A stretch of DNA of 63,609 nt, the filler included, from Craspedostauros australis (lineage: Eukaryota): the NCBI GenBank assembly GCA_030167865.1. It is 11 parts of 11 records of this genome, joined end to end, with 100 filler letters (N's around TTAATTAATTAA, not from the genome) between each part and the next. Parts side by side here need not be neighbours in the genome. Positions count along the whole stretch, not along the records: positions 29,149 to 59,447 come from JALAGF010005038.1; 10 more parts are not named here. One strand, given 5' to 3'. Shown in pieces: positions 38,881-51,713 of this stretch (within the stretch, counting starts at the first letter, position 1; every line of letters starts with the position of its first letter). The notes under the pieces were generated by a model. It worked only from the letters and a program-made list of their open reading frames with translations. It was not told where the DNA came from and did not search any database. The translations under genes and the position numbers were made by a program.

Positions 38881-39711
38881 ATGACGATGACAAACACGAA
38901 CCACCACCACCATCAACAGCAGCAGCAGGAGCAGCAAATGCAACACCTCCGAGCGCAGCAGCAACAGCAGCAACAGTACCCACCATCCGATGCGATCGAT
39001 CTGGAGTCCTCTCTGGGACGCATAGAGGATGTGGACATGGATACTGACGAAGCATCGCCTTCCTCAAGCACTCCATCACCAACGTCGACACCAGCTCCGG
39101 CCTCGTCAACGTCGCCTGCTCCATCACCCTTCAGCGGGAGCGGAGTGTGCGACGATGCCATGATGCCAAGAAGGGGACCCACCAAGATCACCATGTTCAG
39201 CCGACCGACGCAGGACGAGTTCAACAGAAGCAGGCTGGAGCAAGGCCGCGTCGTGTCGCCGATGCAATCGAAGAAGAGATCGATCAGCTCGTGCCCCGCC
39301 GGTCTCTCCAACCCGCTCTTCAGCGCTGCGCAGCCAGAGCAGAAGCTCCAGAGAGTCAGCGACTCCAACACGCAGCTGGTCCTCGATGCCGATCTGGCGA
39401 TCCAGCAGATGAAGGACCAGACCGACGAGGACGACTTCTCTCTCACGTCCCACGAGGCTGGCTCGTTGATGGATGACGACACGTTCGAGTTCGAGGAGAT
39501 CCAGGAGGACCCCTCTTCGTTCTGGCTGCATGACATGCAGCAGATGAGCGCCACTGCAGCAGCAGCCGGCAGCACCAACATCACACGAGGCAAGCACATC
39601 GAGAGCATCCTGCGCCGGCTCGGCGACCGCAACTCGCCCGACTCGCAGGCTTGCCAAGTCAGCCTCGGCAGCTACCGCGGGATGTTACCGTCCTCAGTAT
39701 CGCGAGATTGA
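38881..39711 (+). CDS. Hypothetical disordered protein (polyQ/His, Ser/Pro-rich, acidic), 276 aa
   Basis: Open frame with strong C/G third-position bias, preceded by a CA-rich leader like the other genes here. Confidence 0.7.
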   Translation: MTMTNTNHHHHQQQQQEQQMQHLRAQQQQQQQYPPSDAIDLESSLGRIEDVDMDTDEASPSSSTPSPTSTPAPASSTSPAPSPFSGSGVCDDAMMPRRGPTKITMFSRPTQDEFNRSRLEQGRVVSPMQSKKRSISSCPAGLSNPLFSAAQPEQKLQRVSDSNTQLVLDADLAIQQMKDQTDEDDFSLTSHEAGSLMDDDTFEFEEIQEDPSSFWLHDMQQMSATAAAAGSTNITRGKHIESILRRLGDRNSPDSQACQVSLGSYRGMLPSSVSRD

Positions 39712-42177
39712 TCGGTTTTACGTAGCAGCAGTCGCTACAAGAGGAGATGCGGACATCGCAATACAACACGAGCCATGCAAGTGGTGGCCACCCAGGCACG
39801 TGCACTTGTCGTCGTTGTCGTCTCTGTCTTCGTCACCCAATCGCCTCCACAGCCGCAGCGTGTGTTCACAGAGCCACCTGTTTTTCGCAATGGAGGCGCA
39901 AGTCGTTTCTCCTGTCTCCGCACTGACGACAAGCAGCACACCAGTCCAGGCAAAGTCTTCACAAGGCGATGCCTCTCTTGGAAGCTGCGGATCAGTCAGT
40001 TGGAAGTACGGGGACGACCGTAAGTCCATCAACACACCCATACATACACATTAGGAGCAAGTACGATTGTCACCTACCTTCCATACCATGCGCTCGCAAG
40101 TAACATATAATACCTAGTACGATTAGTTGCACATCACACACATGCCAATGGCAGCCAAGAGCGAACTAGGGAGAGGCAAGAACCCAAACAAAAATCTATT
40201 CCTCAGGGAGCGCGGAATGTCTCCCAGCTTCTTACTCGCTCGTCGATGGACCATTCCCAAACAGACTACCGTTGCGGCCTTGGGCGCTCTGTTGACACAC
40301 GGAGATCACATCATCGCGGTCATGGTGGCCTGCCATACCTACACTCCGTCCCTTTTGGTTCTATTTTTGGCCGTCAAGTCGTTCGCCATCGCCAACATCT
40401 CTTGTGCTCGCGCCATGCACTGAACGCAATACGAGTCAAGTATGCAAGGAAGACGCCACACTACCAATAGTTCGTGCCATGCCACCCGTGCCAAACCGCA
40501 CACGCTTGCTGCTCCGTCTGTTTCTCCTACTGGCAATCCGCGATCAGGACATGATGCGAGCAACTCCGATGATACTCCACAGGGAATTGCAAGGCAGAGT
40601 CGCAGGTGCTATCGGAAGGCCACAGCAAACAGACAGATCTCTTTGGCGCGAAAGCACAAACGCTCATGGGAATAGTAAACTACAAACAGGCATGCTCATA
40701 CTCGTACTCATACGCATACTCACACTCATACTCACACTGTCGACACTGATGCTCTGCTGGTGGCAACCTCGGTGGGTATTGGTCATTAGGGCCAGAACAC
40801 AGAACAAGATTCATTTCATCCATTGCCTCGCCACACGCTGCCAACAAACAGCGCTTGGTCAACCCCCAAAACATCGTCGTATCCATGTCGTGGCGCTCCA
40901 CCAACCATCACCAGAAATGTTACCAGGGAGCGCCCATCATTCGCGAAAAGTTGGAGTGATACAGCTCTCCACGGCCATAGTTCGTGGCAGTGCCATCGTC
41001 ACCAACTGCCACAGATATGAAACGTGGTGTTCGTTGTTTGTGTATGATGACACTTCCTCCCCTCATTTCCTTCGAAGGCTGATGGCTATACACGTTTGTG
41101 CCACACGAGCTATTCTACTTAGGGACGTTTCTGGATTGGGTATGTCTGCTCCTCTTCGGGGCTGTTCTTGTCGGCTTCGGTAATCTTGCGCGCGGGAGGC
41201 TGAAGCGGGCAGATCCAAACTTGCGCGCAAAGTGTGCGTGCGACTCGCACCATTGTTCTGACACCAAACCAACGTGGCGTGCAGAGTGCTGATGTGGAAC
41301 TTGGCCTTCACTTCAACTGCACGATTCCGTCCATTCCTTTCGTGACATCATCTTGTGCCAGAGGACTCTTTGATCACACGAGAGAGGAAGGCGAGATTTG
41401 AATCATCATCATCCATTCGAAAGAGTGGTGCGGACAACTGTAGGTCGCAGAGTACTGCGCAAGGAACTTGTCCTCACACCTGTGATGGTACTCCAATCTG
41501 CTGTTGCGACTCCCACCAGAGTATAGTCCTCGATGGATGGATACGTGTACTGTGCTTTGCAGCATCTCTATCCGCAGCCACCTGCGCTTTGCGGTTGCAG
41601 TATTCCAAACCACTGCCCTCCACAACCATACTCCGGACAAGAGCGGATGGAGGCTTGAAGGAGGATGTTCCCTCGTACGACTACAAGGCAGACATGGATC
41701 CATCCACATCTCGTACGCAGAACAGAAACGTGCACAGCGATCCACTCCCACAAAGCCAATCCAAGAGGCGCGCGGATAGTCGGAAGTTGAGTGTGAAGAA
41801 ACGAATCGGAAGAGAGCGTGTCGAGTCATCTCCGCCACTCCGCCTGCGCCAGAGAGTGCTCGGCCAGTATTGCTCCAGGCATTCGCGTGGCGATGCGAAG
41901 GAGAACAGAACAGATTAGATTACATCAGGAGGCGAGAATGGATCGGGTTCAACCAGATCTCTTTTCTTCTACCTCTGGCCGTACTCGTAGTTTCTGGAAT
42001 TCAGATTGGGGCCTCCGTTGATTGATTGCCTCCAGACGAGTGCTGTCTGCTTCACAAGTTCGATGCGTCTTGCTTCAAGAGAGGAGAGAGAGTGCTACTA
42101 CCATTTATCCCATCCATCATTCGGGTTGGTACTATCATACCATATAAACCATAGGCCGTAGCAACGCAGAAGCGACT

Positions 42178-45100
42178 TCATAACATGGCCGCCTCATCGA
42201 ATTCGGACATCTCCCTTCGGTTCTTGCCTGTCGCCTTCCTGTCACCATTCATTCGTTCACCATCCTCCAGGTCCTGCTGCTGCTGCTGCTTGTCTTGTTG
42301 CACGATCACGTCTCGTTGGATCTTGGATGCGTAGTTCGCCACGGTGAGGTCGTATGCTGGAAAGAAGTGATGTACGAAACTGTTCGTTCGTTCGTTCGTT
42401 CATCGGTTCGTGGAACGGTATCGCACGACCACGAGCAAGAGAGCACGAGCACAAGTATCAGATCGATGTGCATTCGTGGCGGCATGTGAATCATTCCCGC
42501 ATATCGTGGATAGCAATAGAGTAGGGCAGTGGGATTGGTGCCGACCGTCGGTGTGAGGTACGAATGCAATCAGAGTATGGTTCATGTGAAACATGAGCAG
42601 TAGAGCTGCAGATCGAAATCATGGACACGAAACGCCTGCTTCCCCTGAGGGTGCACTCGTGGGGTGGGGTTCCATGGAGCTCTATCGAAGCCTTGATGCG
42701 TGGACACAGCGAACATGCCTCCATGGCATCTGAAAGGTCTGTGTTGGCCAAGTGAGAGTTTGTTCCCCGCCCATGCCAGCTCATGTCATTCCCCTCCATG
42801 TTCTGCCACGCCTTACTATCAGATACCCGGTGATACGGAAGTTGCAGAGTACACGAACAAGAACACGAATACGAATACGCGGAGGGACTGCGACAGCCGA
42901 CATTGCCCCTTCCTCCTCCGCGCAGTCCGAAATGGGATCTCCGCTTCCACTCACCTTCGGACAGCCTGCGGGATGTAACTGATTTGAAACACGTCCATGG
43001 GGAAGGTCGCGTTGATGGCGGGAAGCAGTTCATCTGGCGATACACGCACGATGTCATCCACTGGCGGAACACCGATGTTGGTGGAGATGAAGCGATCGTT
43101 CACGTATCTCAGCGGATCAGGCAGGAGCAGGTGCTGGATACCGATACTCCTGTAGTTCTGATTCGTGCCTCGCCAGTTGTCGCGGAACACAGGCCAGCCT
43201 TCCCACGATGCCGCAATCGTTCGTGTAATCAATCGAAGGCTGCGGCGAGGACCGTTGGCGTACAGCGTCACGCCGTCCGCGCCCAGATCATCAACCAGCG
43301 GATACAACGCATCGTGCTCCGTCATGAAACGAACGATGGGGTCCTGTGCTTGAGGATGTGGGTTGTTCGGCAATGTAGGAACACAAAAGGAAAAGGATCA
43401 TTGCAAGTGCATTCAAGGTGAAAATTGAGACAGTGCGTTGGCTTGTGTCGTGTCGTGCCGTGCCGTGTTGTGCTGCGTTGCTTGATGCGATGGCCAATTG
43501 ATTCATGCATGTGCCATCGCGCATCGGAAGTCATAGAACAACAGATGATATGATCACAAGCACGCCCATTGCGATGCAGCACTTACCCATGGTTGGACGT
43601 AGCCATACACGATGTTCGATGGCAGTCCGAAGTATCTGAGGATGTCGCATTTGTAGAAATCGCTTTCGCGCGTTGGACGCTGCTTGCGAGTGAATTCGCT
43701 CCGATCTTCTATCGCAACCTCCGAAGTTGCCACCATTGCAGTCTTCTCCTCGTTTCCATTGACGTTGAGCATGCTTCTGCTATTGCTCTTGATCTTTTTC
43801 TTGATGTTGCGATTGGCCTCTCCGTCTTTGTTCATGTTGGTGTCAAGGTCGGAGACGCCGTTGCGATCGCCATTGATCGCGTTCGAACCAGGGCGATAGC
43901 TCGCGATCGGCGGCGATCCGTACGTGTACACGCGCAGGATCTTGTTCTTGACGAATGACGGACCACGTTCGTTGGCCAACATGAGCAGGACGAGGAGGGA
44001 CAGCGATCCGCCGATGGAATGCCCATTCAACACAATCTTGTGCTGCTCGCAAGTGAAATCGATGTACTTCTCCACTTCCTTCTTCACCTCGCGGGCGATG
44101 CCCAGTAAGCCGCTATGGAACACGACGCTGGGCTTGCCGTCGTCCATGATCACGGGTGCTGCACTGCAAATGTTGTTGAGCAACCGTTCTCTGTCCACCG
44201 TCTCGTCCGAGGCATCGAATCCCCGAATCGTGATTGTCCGCACCATGATCGGTGCTGATCTCAATGTGTCGGTGTTCGAGCTGGCCGAAGATTGCGTGCC
44301 ATCCTGGGGGTAGAAGTCGGTCTGCGTCGCGAGGGAGTCGGTCACCATCCACGCAACATCCGCCACCGTTCCATTGGCGACCAGCGAATGCCCGAGCCTG
44401 TCGAAAGCATCAGGGAGGTACTCGTAGATGGCTCCGGACAAGGATCCCATCTCCGCTCCTTTCATGATGACTGGTTGCTGCAATGTAGTCGAGACGGTTT
44501 GCACAGATTTGAAATCATGAAACAATGGACGAACCTCTGAATCGGATAGCGGCTGTTGCTGCTGCTGTTGCTGATCGGTGTCTCTCTGCTCGTCATCCGC
44601 ATTCCTCGCATAACCTGCAGCGAACACACCATTGGCGATTGCAACTATCCGAGCCGCCGACCGAGTCACTTCTTTGGCGCTTTCCGTTGCCTCACGCACG
44701 TCGAGGCCCTGTTCCGACGCGATGCGCCCGACGACCTTCACCAGGTCTTCCACCTGGTTGGTTTTGAAGGCCCTGCTGGCCTGCGCTACGATGTCTTGCA
44801 CATTCCCAGGCACCGTGGAGGCTTCCGCCACGAGGTACTCCATGCGTGCCGTGGCATCCTTGAGCACGTTCTCTGTGACCTTGGTGATGTTGTACGCACC
44901 CGATCCTTTCGCTTCCGTCTTTCCATCTCGTTGTTGCCGCAGTTGTTCGCTGCTGGCTCCGCGCTCGATACCGGTCGTTAACTCACCAGTGATTTCTTTC
45001 GCCATATCCGTGAAGGTGGTTGATTGATCAACAGGGGTATCGGCTTCTCCACCTTCTTGTGTGGTCGCTGTTTTCGTTGCTGTTGGCGGTGGAGATGTTG

Positions 45101-46193
45101 TTGATGGTGGTGATGATGGTGATGGTGACGGTGATGACGTCGATGATGAGCCGCCGGCCACAAAATTTCTTGGAAGGGACTCCACGATCTTCTCCCAAAG
45201 CAAAAGATCCTGGATCCGCCTTGCATCCGTGAGCCTTTGGTTGGGATCGAGTTTGGATTCAGCTTTGAGGCTCTCCTCCAGCTCGGTGAGATCCTTGGTG
45301 CCCTGGGCAAGTGTTTGCATTTCGATGGACTCCGGCAGCTTTGACGCCGATACTGTCTCGGTGCCATTGATGATGCTCTCCGCCATCTCCAACAAAGCCT
45401 CGAATCGGATGAGGTTGCTCAATGGATTCATGCTCCTGAACTGGGTCCGAGACTTGGCTTCCTCGTCAGATTGTTTCTGCTGCTGCTGCTGCTTCGGTTT
45501 GCTCTGGGTCGGGGGATTGGATGAGCCAATGGATTTTGCCTTTTCCGTCGACGACGAGAGAGAAGGTGTTCCTTGGCTTTGCGGTACATCGTTTCGTTTG
45601 TCGCCCGCTGCGACAACATCGCCTTCCCTCGCATTGTTATTCCCTGTGTTCGGCAATCGTGGCCACACTGATAAGCCTTCCAGCCAGCTGGCGAATTCGG
45701 CTTCGTCCTCCTTCCTTGATCTGCCTCTGCTGTTGTTCTCGTCGTCGTCGTCATCATCATCATCATCATCATTGTTGTTCTTATTGTTGTTGTTGTTTCC
45801 ACCGGTGCTAGCTCTCCTACCATCAAGCTGACGGCCAAGGACTCTGTCGTCAGCTCCTGATGAACCCAGCGCAGCATCATTCCTTTCTCCATTCAGGCTC
45901 AACGAAAAGAGATCGCGCCATGTGCGGCCAGTTCGCACCCGTCCTTTGGAAGACTCATCGGATGAAGCTTCATGGTGGTGCGGTTGTTGCGACGGTGGCT
46001 TGCGGCGAAAGGGATGGGCGGGATTATTGGATGGAGTGACGGAGGCATGCAATGGATGATCAGCGTTGTGACGAGGATGATGTTTGGACAACCATGGCGT
46101 TCGGGTCTGCAATGACGAGAAGGACCACGCTTTGGATGGGTGCGCCAATGCCAGCATGAATGCAAGCAGCAACGCCATGGTCGACGACCGCAT
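42178..46193 (-). CDS. Class 3 lipase, likely plastid-targeted or secreted; exons 46193-43587, 43343-42955, 42379-42178
   Basis: ITIRG, FHSGL, nucleophile GHSIGG, YTYGSP, W|DPIVR, SFVHHFFPAY after splicing two GT-AG introns; signal peptide MALLLAFMLALAHPSKA-WSF; start could be as far up as 46325. Confidence 0.9.
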
Positions 46194-47330
46194 TCTGTTG
46201 CGTGCAGTAGGTCGCAACGTTGCAGGACCATCCATTCCGCCATTGACATTGATAGATCCCGTCCTGGTCATCGTCTTCTCCATTGTCATTGCCATTGTCA
46301 TTGTCATTGCCATCATCGTCTTCATTGTTGCGATTCGATGCAATGCAATCCAATGCGATTCGATGCGATGTTATGAAAGGAGGCTGGTTCCTTGAATGCA
46401 ATTGTGGCAGAGTACGACCCTGGCAGTCCTCCTTGGAGTTCTCAGAATCCGGAATACAGAATATTCTACCAAAGGAAGCTTGGATCTTTGCTCTCTGTCT
46501 GCTTGTGCGCTCCTCCAGAGAGAGGTTCTTCGATGCCTTTGTGTCTCCTGTTCGCTTTTCGTTCTTTCTCTCTTCGTTCTTTTGCGATGTGGCAGCCATC
46601 AACACCGAAGAAGGTCCACGAAACCAATTCTGTCTCTTTGTGTGTTGCTCTCTTGTTGGTATCTTTGGTTGGTGATGGTGATGGTGATGGGTATTCGATG
46701 AGCTCGCGACATCATCCAGATGAGTGTTGCGACATCTTCGGCGCCTGTCGCCATGATTTCGAACCTCTCCTTAGTAGTTTTACGATATTCATGTTCATAT
46801 TATTTCTATCCAAGGCTGAATAAAATATATTAGTGCCATGATGGGGATCATTCCTTCCACAAAAGGTATCTTCGCTGGACTCATCGGAACAAATTCGATA
46901 ACGCATATTCAACGCTCAGCGAACCTGCAGAACTCCCAACGCACCGGTTTGGGAGGAACGAAACACGGAAGAAGGAAGAACAGGTTGACGATGGCGATGA
47001 CGATGACCATCTGAACGGCCAACCGCAGACGCACCAAAATCTTTCGTCGCCAAATTGGAGAACATTATTTGTTCGGATCTGTGGCATGACTCTGCAGCAC
47101 TAATGGAGTATTGAATTGGGATTGCATTGTGTGGTACGCTCCTATTATACATACTCTGGAGTAGTCGCAGCACAACGACCAACAAGCTTAGTCATTCACA
47201 TCGAGATCGAAGCAAGATCGCAACACACAGCAACGAACAAGAAGCCCAACCAACGCAGAGAGGGCAAGATTCGAACCACGCACAAGATCCATTCAAGTGC
47301 CCAACGCAGCCAACACTCCAGACAATCACC

Positions 47331-50015
47331 ATGACGGACCAAGCCAAGGACGAACTAAAGGAGGACGTGACGAAGGAGCTCAATGATGCCATCCTCTTCT
47401 TCGTGCCGGACGAGAAGGAACGCGCCCTGATCCGCCAGCTGTGCTCGAAAGAGCTGGGACAGAAGCATCTGTTCGAAGGATGGGTGGCTGCCATGAACGA
47501 TCGGGCCAAGCCGGGACCCATCCGAGCCATGACGCAGCAGCTCGTGCAGCTGGATGAATCTTACCCTGGCGGATTGAAGGAATACATCCTCAAGGCGAAG
47601 AAGTTGCTGGGAGGTGAGTTGGCAATCATCATTTGCATTGCTGTGCGTGTGGAGCATTATTGCGCGTATACTTTATGCGCAATAATCACTTGTCTTGTGC
47701 GAATCTGCACCAACCTCATCTTTCCTGTGAGTCGCCATCATTCTTCGTTGCATTACACTTACGCTGTACTTGTGTTGCCTCGTGCCTTTCCAACCAACCA
47801 TGCTCTCCTTCTGGATGAACCACAGCCAGCAAGGCCGGTGAAAACCCAATGAAGGACTGGAACCCAAGCGTCCCCTCAGGACAGGCTTTCGAACTCGGCA
47901 CCAAGCAATTCTACAGCACAGAAAAGACCGGAATCAAGCAGCTTGGACACTGCGGCTTTGTCCTGGTCGCTGGAGGGCTCGGAGAGCGTTTGGGATACAG
48001 CGGTGCAAAGGTAAGCGATCGATTGGAGACAATTCGATTGGAGGTGGCATTGAGTACGAGTATGTGTTTTGGATCTGCACAGTTTGTATTTGTGCCAATG
48101 CTCACCAATTTCACAAACCAACCAACCAACAACTCCCCCCTCTTCATTTCAATCTCTCAATATCATGCGATGTGCAGATCGGTCTGCCAACAGAGATCAC
48201 CACAGGCACGACGTACCTTCAGTACTACTGCGAGTACATCAAAGCCGTGCAAAAGAAATGCGCCGACAAGCGTCTGCTCCCACTGTGCATCATGGTCTCC
48301 AACGACACCAAGAAGGGAACCGAGGAGCTGCTCAGCAAGCACAGATGTTTCGGATTGAAGGCGAAACAGATCACCCTTGTCGAGCAAGGACAGGGCGTGC
48401 CCGCGCTGGAAGACAACGACGCCAAGTTCGCGGTCGATCCAAAGAATCCCTTCAAGCTCGTCACGAAGCCGCACGGCCACGGCGACATCCATTCCCTGCT
48501 CTACAAGAGCGGCGTCACGAAGAAGTGGGAGGAAATGCATGACACGCGATGGGTCGTCATGTTCCAGGACACGAACGGACTTGCATTCCACAGTCTGGCG
48601 CTCATGCTGGGTGTCTCCGTCCGCAATGACTTCATCATGAACTCCCTTGCCATTCCGCGCAAGGCCAAGCAGGCCGTCGGTGGCATCGCCAAGCTCATCA
48701 ACAGCGAGACCAAGGAGGAGAGGTGAGTTGATGCGTCATGCGAAGCACTTATATTGTGGATTGCGTATGTGCTTGCCAGCGTTGTTTCTACCCCTACTTC
48801 TCGTTCAATGGCAATGATGAAAAACACACCACATCACTTCTGAGGTTTCCTTCTCATGAAGCATAACCTTTTTCTGAGTCATTGAACGACGCAGTCGAAT
48901 CTTCTGATGCCGTCAGATGGTGTCTCGTCGGTTGCGGTTGATGATATCGAACAGGATGCATTTTATATTGTTCGCACGGACACGGTATGCGCCAAACTGC
49001 CCTCATTTGCCCATACTGACACAACATCATTATTTTTGCGATATGTGCGCAAACACACACACCAAACGTTTACGCCCGTGCCCACAGAACCATCAACGTC
49101 GAATACAACCAGCTCGATCCGATGCTCCGGGGGACCGAAGAATTCAAGGACGGCGATGTCAATGATGAGAAGACGGGATTCTCACCATTCCCAGGCAACA
49201 TCAACCAGTTGCTGTTCCGCCTCAAGGAGTACAACGAAGTTCTGGAGAGAACGGAGGGTGTCATGCCAGACTTCGTCAACCCAAAATACAAGGACGAAGC
49301 TAAGACCATCTTCAAGAAGCCAACGCGCCTCGAATGCATGATGCAGGACTTCCCCACGGTCCTCGAGAAGGAGGAGACCTCCAAGGTCGGCTTCACCCAG
49401 CTGGCAGCCGACCTTTGCTTCTCCCCAGTCAAGAACAGCGTCGAGGACGGCTGCAAGCTCCAGGAGAAGGGCGTCCATCCAGGATGTGCCGCCAGCGGTG
49501 AGGCCGATCAGTACGCAGCACAACGTCAGTTCATGCGTGCCATCGGCTGCGAGGTGGAGGATGCCGAGCCTGTGGAGTACAACGGAATCAAGGTCACGCC
49601 TGGCCCGGCCATCGTGCTGAAGCCAGACTTCGCTTGCTGCCCAGGAGAGTACAAGCTCAAGTTCCCAACTCCTCGCAAGGTCAAGATCAGCGCAAGATCC
49701 ACCCTCGTCGTGAGGGGACCTGGCGTCATCATCGAAAGCCTGGACCTGGATGGTGCCCTCGTCGTCGATGTCGATCGTGGCGAGGAGGCCGTCATCCGTG
49801 ATCTCGTCGTGAAGAACGAAGGCTGGAAGTTCGACCCGCAGGAGGACGGCGAAAGCGAAATCACGAGGATGCGTGGCTACACCATCCTGCGCAAGGAGGC
49901 CAAGACCGTGGAGGTTGCCGCCGAACCATTGTCAACAGATGAGCTGGAGATCGAGAAGAAGGATTCGGAATGGCTCGTGGAGACCGAAGACACTCCAGCA
50001 TGTGTCATCCTGTAA
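47331..50015 (+). CDS. USP: UDP-sugar pyrophosphorylase, 646 aa; exons 47331-47613, 47826-48010, 48178-48722, 49088-50015
   Basis: YPGGL..YI, VLVAGGLGERLGYSG.K, KPHGHGDIH, FQDTN, NVEYNQLDP, FPGNINQL, FVNPKY, PTRLECMMQDFP, FSPVKN; three GT-AG introns splice in frame. Confidence 0.95.
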
Positions 50016-50214
50016 ATCGCGACGGCACGTGCTGCGATACGACATGCTTGCACCTTCTCACCCAACCGTACAAGGACTATTGGATGAACTCACACTGGAC
50101 GGTCAGCAATACTTACAGAGTGGAATGCGCTGCAGACACAATGGTGCTATGCCATGCTATGTTCTCGCTTTCTTATGGTAATAAATATCAACATCAACGT
50201 TATTGTAAACAGCC

Positions 50215-51601
50215 TGGGACCCTGTTGAGTGACGGAATCTGCAGTCAGTCCTGGGGTGCCAGCAGCCTACGAGGCTTTCAACCGAATCACTCACATAATC
50301 ATAAACTAGATAAGATTATAAGCTGCACCACGGACGTAGATTTTGCCCTAAGGCCTCATTTTGATTTTTATGGACCCATCGATTTTGCGCTCATCTAGAC
50401 ACGACTAGCGCACTACGGCCAGATTCAGTGTCTTGGTGCCTTCGCTGGTATCGCAAAAAGCAGAATTGTCGACGTCAATGTCATGCTAAATCTATTTATT
50501 TAGTCCCTCCATTGCTGCTCTGACTCGTTCCAGCAATGGTGTCCTCACATTTTGTTCCATCAACTCAATTCGCTCCAATGTTGCGTTTTCTTCTTGTTGT
50601 AGCACAAGTTCCTCCTCTTCTGCTGTTGTGTGTTGTGGAGGCACGATCTCCGCGTCAGCGCTGTTCGCGTTCGTCGGTGGTTGGAGAATTGTTGTGTTCG
50701 TTGTGTTGGATGCGTTTTTCCTAGAGCGTGCAATTCGGTTCATCGTTAGGATTTCAATGTCACACCCGTCGTCGAAAGTTGCGCCTTTGAGTACAGGAGG
50801 CAAGAGCTTGTCTGTTGTAGATGCCGGAATGTGCTGCTTGCCATCCATATCCAATGGAGGCAACAACTTGTCAGAAGCAAATGCGCAAAGAGTTCCTTGC
50901 GATCAATTGGATCCGATGGAAAGGGGTGTACGGATCGAGAGGATGGCAAACGTTGCTTCTTGGAGGGGGAAGGATTGGCGTGTTTGGATGCAGTTTTCGA
51001 GGTAGAGACGAGCATGACGCTGATTGGTACTGATGGGTAGATGGAGAAGACTACTAGTGATGGAAGTGAACTGAGCAGGAGGAAGGCAAGGAGGTGATGA
51101 TACAAACACTGCATGAACATGCAACAAGCACAGCACACCACCGAAGAGAAGCAAAGGCTGATTCTGTGCCGAAACGTGAGGAGATTTGCGACATGTGACG
51201 GGGCCAAATTTGAACGTGGAGCATAACGTGTAATAACGTCTATTGGCGAAGAGAGTGTCTTCGGACAGGTCAAACGATGACGTCGCTGAAACGTCAAATT
51301 CCGTGCGCAACCCGCCAAAACAATTCTTTCCCGAACGTGTCTGCGCACATTGCTTTGTTTGCATCGGACAAACCAATAAATGTGTTTGTGTCGTCACGGA
51401 GCAACGTGCATATTCGACCAAGAGGACCGTAAATATACAAAGGTCCACAAAAATTAAATAAGACATCAAGCAAAATATGCGTCCACTAAGAATCTTATAT
51501 TTTTATCTAGTTTATGAAGATGTGAGTTGTTTGGTCGAAAGCTCCATGACTTGCCACCCTCCCAGGACCGACTGCAGGTCCCATCACTCAAGTGGGTCCT
51601 A
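50215..51601. mobile_element. Putative non-autonomous DNA transposon with long imperfect terminal inverted repeats
   Basis: Left end TGGGACCCTGTTGAGTGACGGAATCTGCAGTC is inverted relative to right end GACTGCAGGTCCCATCACTCAAGTGGGTCCTA; similarity extends ~170 bp. Confidence 0.6.
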
Positions 51602-51713
51602 TGTAATGACATGCCACAGAGCAAAGTGCTGCGAGTCGATCATGGGAGGAAGCTTGTTGAGCGGTCTTCCCCGTCTCCTCCAACTTGCCCCCACTTGTAC
51701 GCTCCACCGCTCG

